Positions 63,290 through 64,000 of a stretch of DNA of 64,000 bases are shown piece by piece. The first letter of the stretch is position 1. Each line of letters opens with the position of its first letter. The notes under the pieces were generated by a model that saw nothing but the letters and a program-made list of their open reading frames with translations, had not been told where the DNA came from and ran no database searches. The position numbers and the translations under genes are program-made. This DNA comes from a bacterium (GTDB lineage: Bacteria; Verrucomicrobiota; Kiritimatiellia; CAIKKV01; CAITUY01). Where the stretch lies: NCBI GenBank assembly GCA_037143135.1, contig JBAWZH010000001.1, forward strand, positions 9,553 to 73,552. The letters run 5' to 3'.

Positions 63290-63811
63290 TTACCAGCTTA
63301 TGCAAGGGTAGGGCTTCAGCCCCTCTTTCTGTTTCCTGATTCCCAATTCAAAGAAACTGTACACAGAATCCAACCACGATACCGCCCACCTGAACTCGTC
63401 AATTTCGCTGGTTTTTATCCAGCCACCTTCCGGGACTGTATTCCTGATAACCTGCAAAATGGCTTCTGCCGTTGTTTTCTGGTTCTGAAGCACCTCCTGC
63501 TGCTGACTTTCACTTTCAAAGGGTTCATTTCTGGCCACACTTACCAGATACCGGCATCCAATTTCGTTTAGCCGTTCAAAGTTTCCCTCAAAGTCATATT
63601 CATCCGTAGACCCCTCGGCCCAATACTTTTCGGGGAATAGCACTCTCAAGATATGCTCCTCAAGAACCATACTGATACTTGTTCTCAAATACCCATCTTC
63701 GCCAGCATCAATAGCCCATCCGGTAAACTGAGCTTTCTGCTCCTCCTCTGTCTTTGTATCCCATTCGAGATAAACATCCGTTCCCATTTTTTCATTCAAA
63801 CCTCCTTTCAA
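63290..63811 (-). CDS. Hypothetical acidic protein
   Basis: 173-aa ORF with protein-like composition. TTG 63811 overlaps the upstream stop (TTGA). The alternative in-frame ATG at 63787 lies 13 nt after GGAGG. Confidence 0.45.
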   Translation of the reverse strand: MKGGLNEKMGTDVYLEWDTKTEEEQKAQFTGWAIDAGEDGYLRTSISMVLEEHILRVLFPEKYWAEGSTDEYDFEGNFERLNEIGCRYLVSVARNEPFESESQQQEVLQNQKTTAEAILQVIRNTVPEGGWIKTSEIDEFRWAVSWLDSVYSFFELGIRKQKEGLKPYPCISW

Positions 63812-63987
63812 TATTTATGCCAGGCCATCAGCCGATTGCATCTCAAGCAGAGATACACTGCCAGCCCTTCTTTATCCTGAACCCGGATTTGGCCCTTGGG
63901 TTCACCACATACAGCGCAAGCTATCACCGGTTTATTCGGTTTACCGATAAACTGCCGTGAAGCCCCTTCTGTCCTATTTTCCTCCAT
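63808..63987 (-). CDS. Unlisted 59-aa zinc-ribbon ORF
   Basis: My own translation of the minus strand gives MEENRTEGASRQFIGKPNKPVIACAVCGEPKGQIRVQDKEGLAVYLCLRCNRLMAWHKY, with CxxC ... CxxC. It falls below the track's length cutoff. Confidence 0.35.
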   Translation of the reverse strand: MEENRTEGASRQFIGKPNKPVIACAVCGEPKGQIRVQDKEGLAVYLCLRCNRLMAWHKY

Positions 63988-64000
63988 TGTTCTTCATCAC

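Noticed and set aside
62300-63290. Retron msr/msd or group II intron as the explanation for the structured region
   Set aside because: There is no reverse-transcriptase ORF in or near the region, and no recognisable domain V/VI-type sequence by eye.
63089-63571. 160-aa plus-strand ORF (and 63028..63339)
   Set aside because: It is P/R/S-rich and low in complexity. It is antisense to the better 173-aa minus-strand ORF and overlaps the hairpin-rich non-coding stretch.

Overview
The window looks like an accessory region of a diderm-type bacterium, based on OmpA_C, MotA/ExbB and signal-peptide proteins. I could not place it taxonomically. I saw no rRNA, tRNA or CRISPR array.

Layout:
- 1-6.8 kb: a translationally coupled operon, cut at its 5' end. 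It combines a MotA/ExbB-type channel, two coiled-coil ExbD-like proteins, a PrsW protease and an RDD protein.
- 6.8-12 kb: mixed genes, including a secreted tandem-repeat protein, a NERD protein and several hypotheticals.
- 12.2-44.4 kb: a dense defence island. It holds an E2-type CBASS regulated by a CapH/CapP-like pair, a secreted PLD nuclease pair and an 11-kb operon built around a non-canonical Hsp70/GrpE/J-like set with a Ser/Thr kinase, envelope proteins and a Clp-type AAA+ (my best candidate for an undescribed system). It also holds an HTH+SNF2 helicase, SIR2-HerA, a KTSC protein, a type III R-M system (Mod/Res) and QatABCD.
- 45-55 kb: a visibly GC-richer minus-strand block typical of mobile elements (AAA+, DUF2997/DUF1257-like, ComF-like PRTase, RadC/JAB, SSB, tyrosine recombinase).
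- 55.9-64 kb: a second foreign-looking block with an SPFH-like protein, an Mrr-like nuclease, a HerA/FtsK-like ATPase with a wHTH, and an Orc1/Cdc6-type AAA+ beside a G-depleted AT-rich tract and 10-12-bp tandem repeats. It also holds a roughly 1-kb ORF-poor region packed with hairpins whose loops are conserved while their stems differ.

All family calls come from motif recognition by eye. No database search was run.
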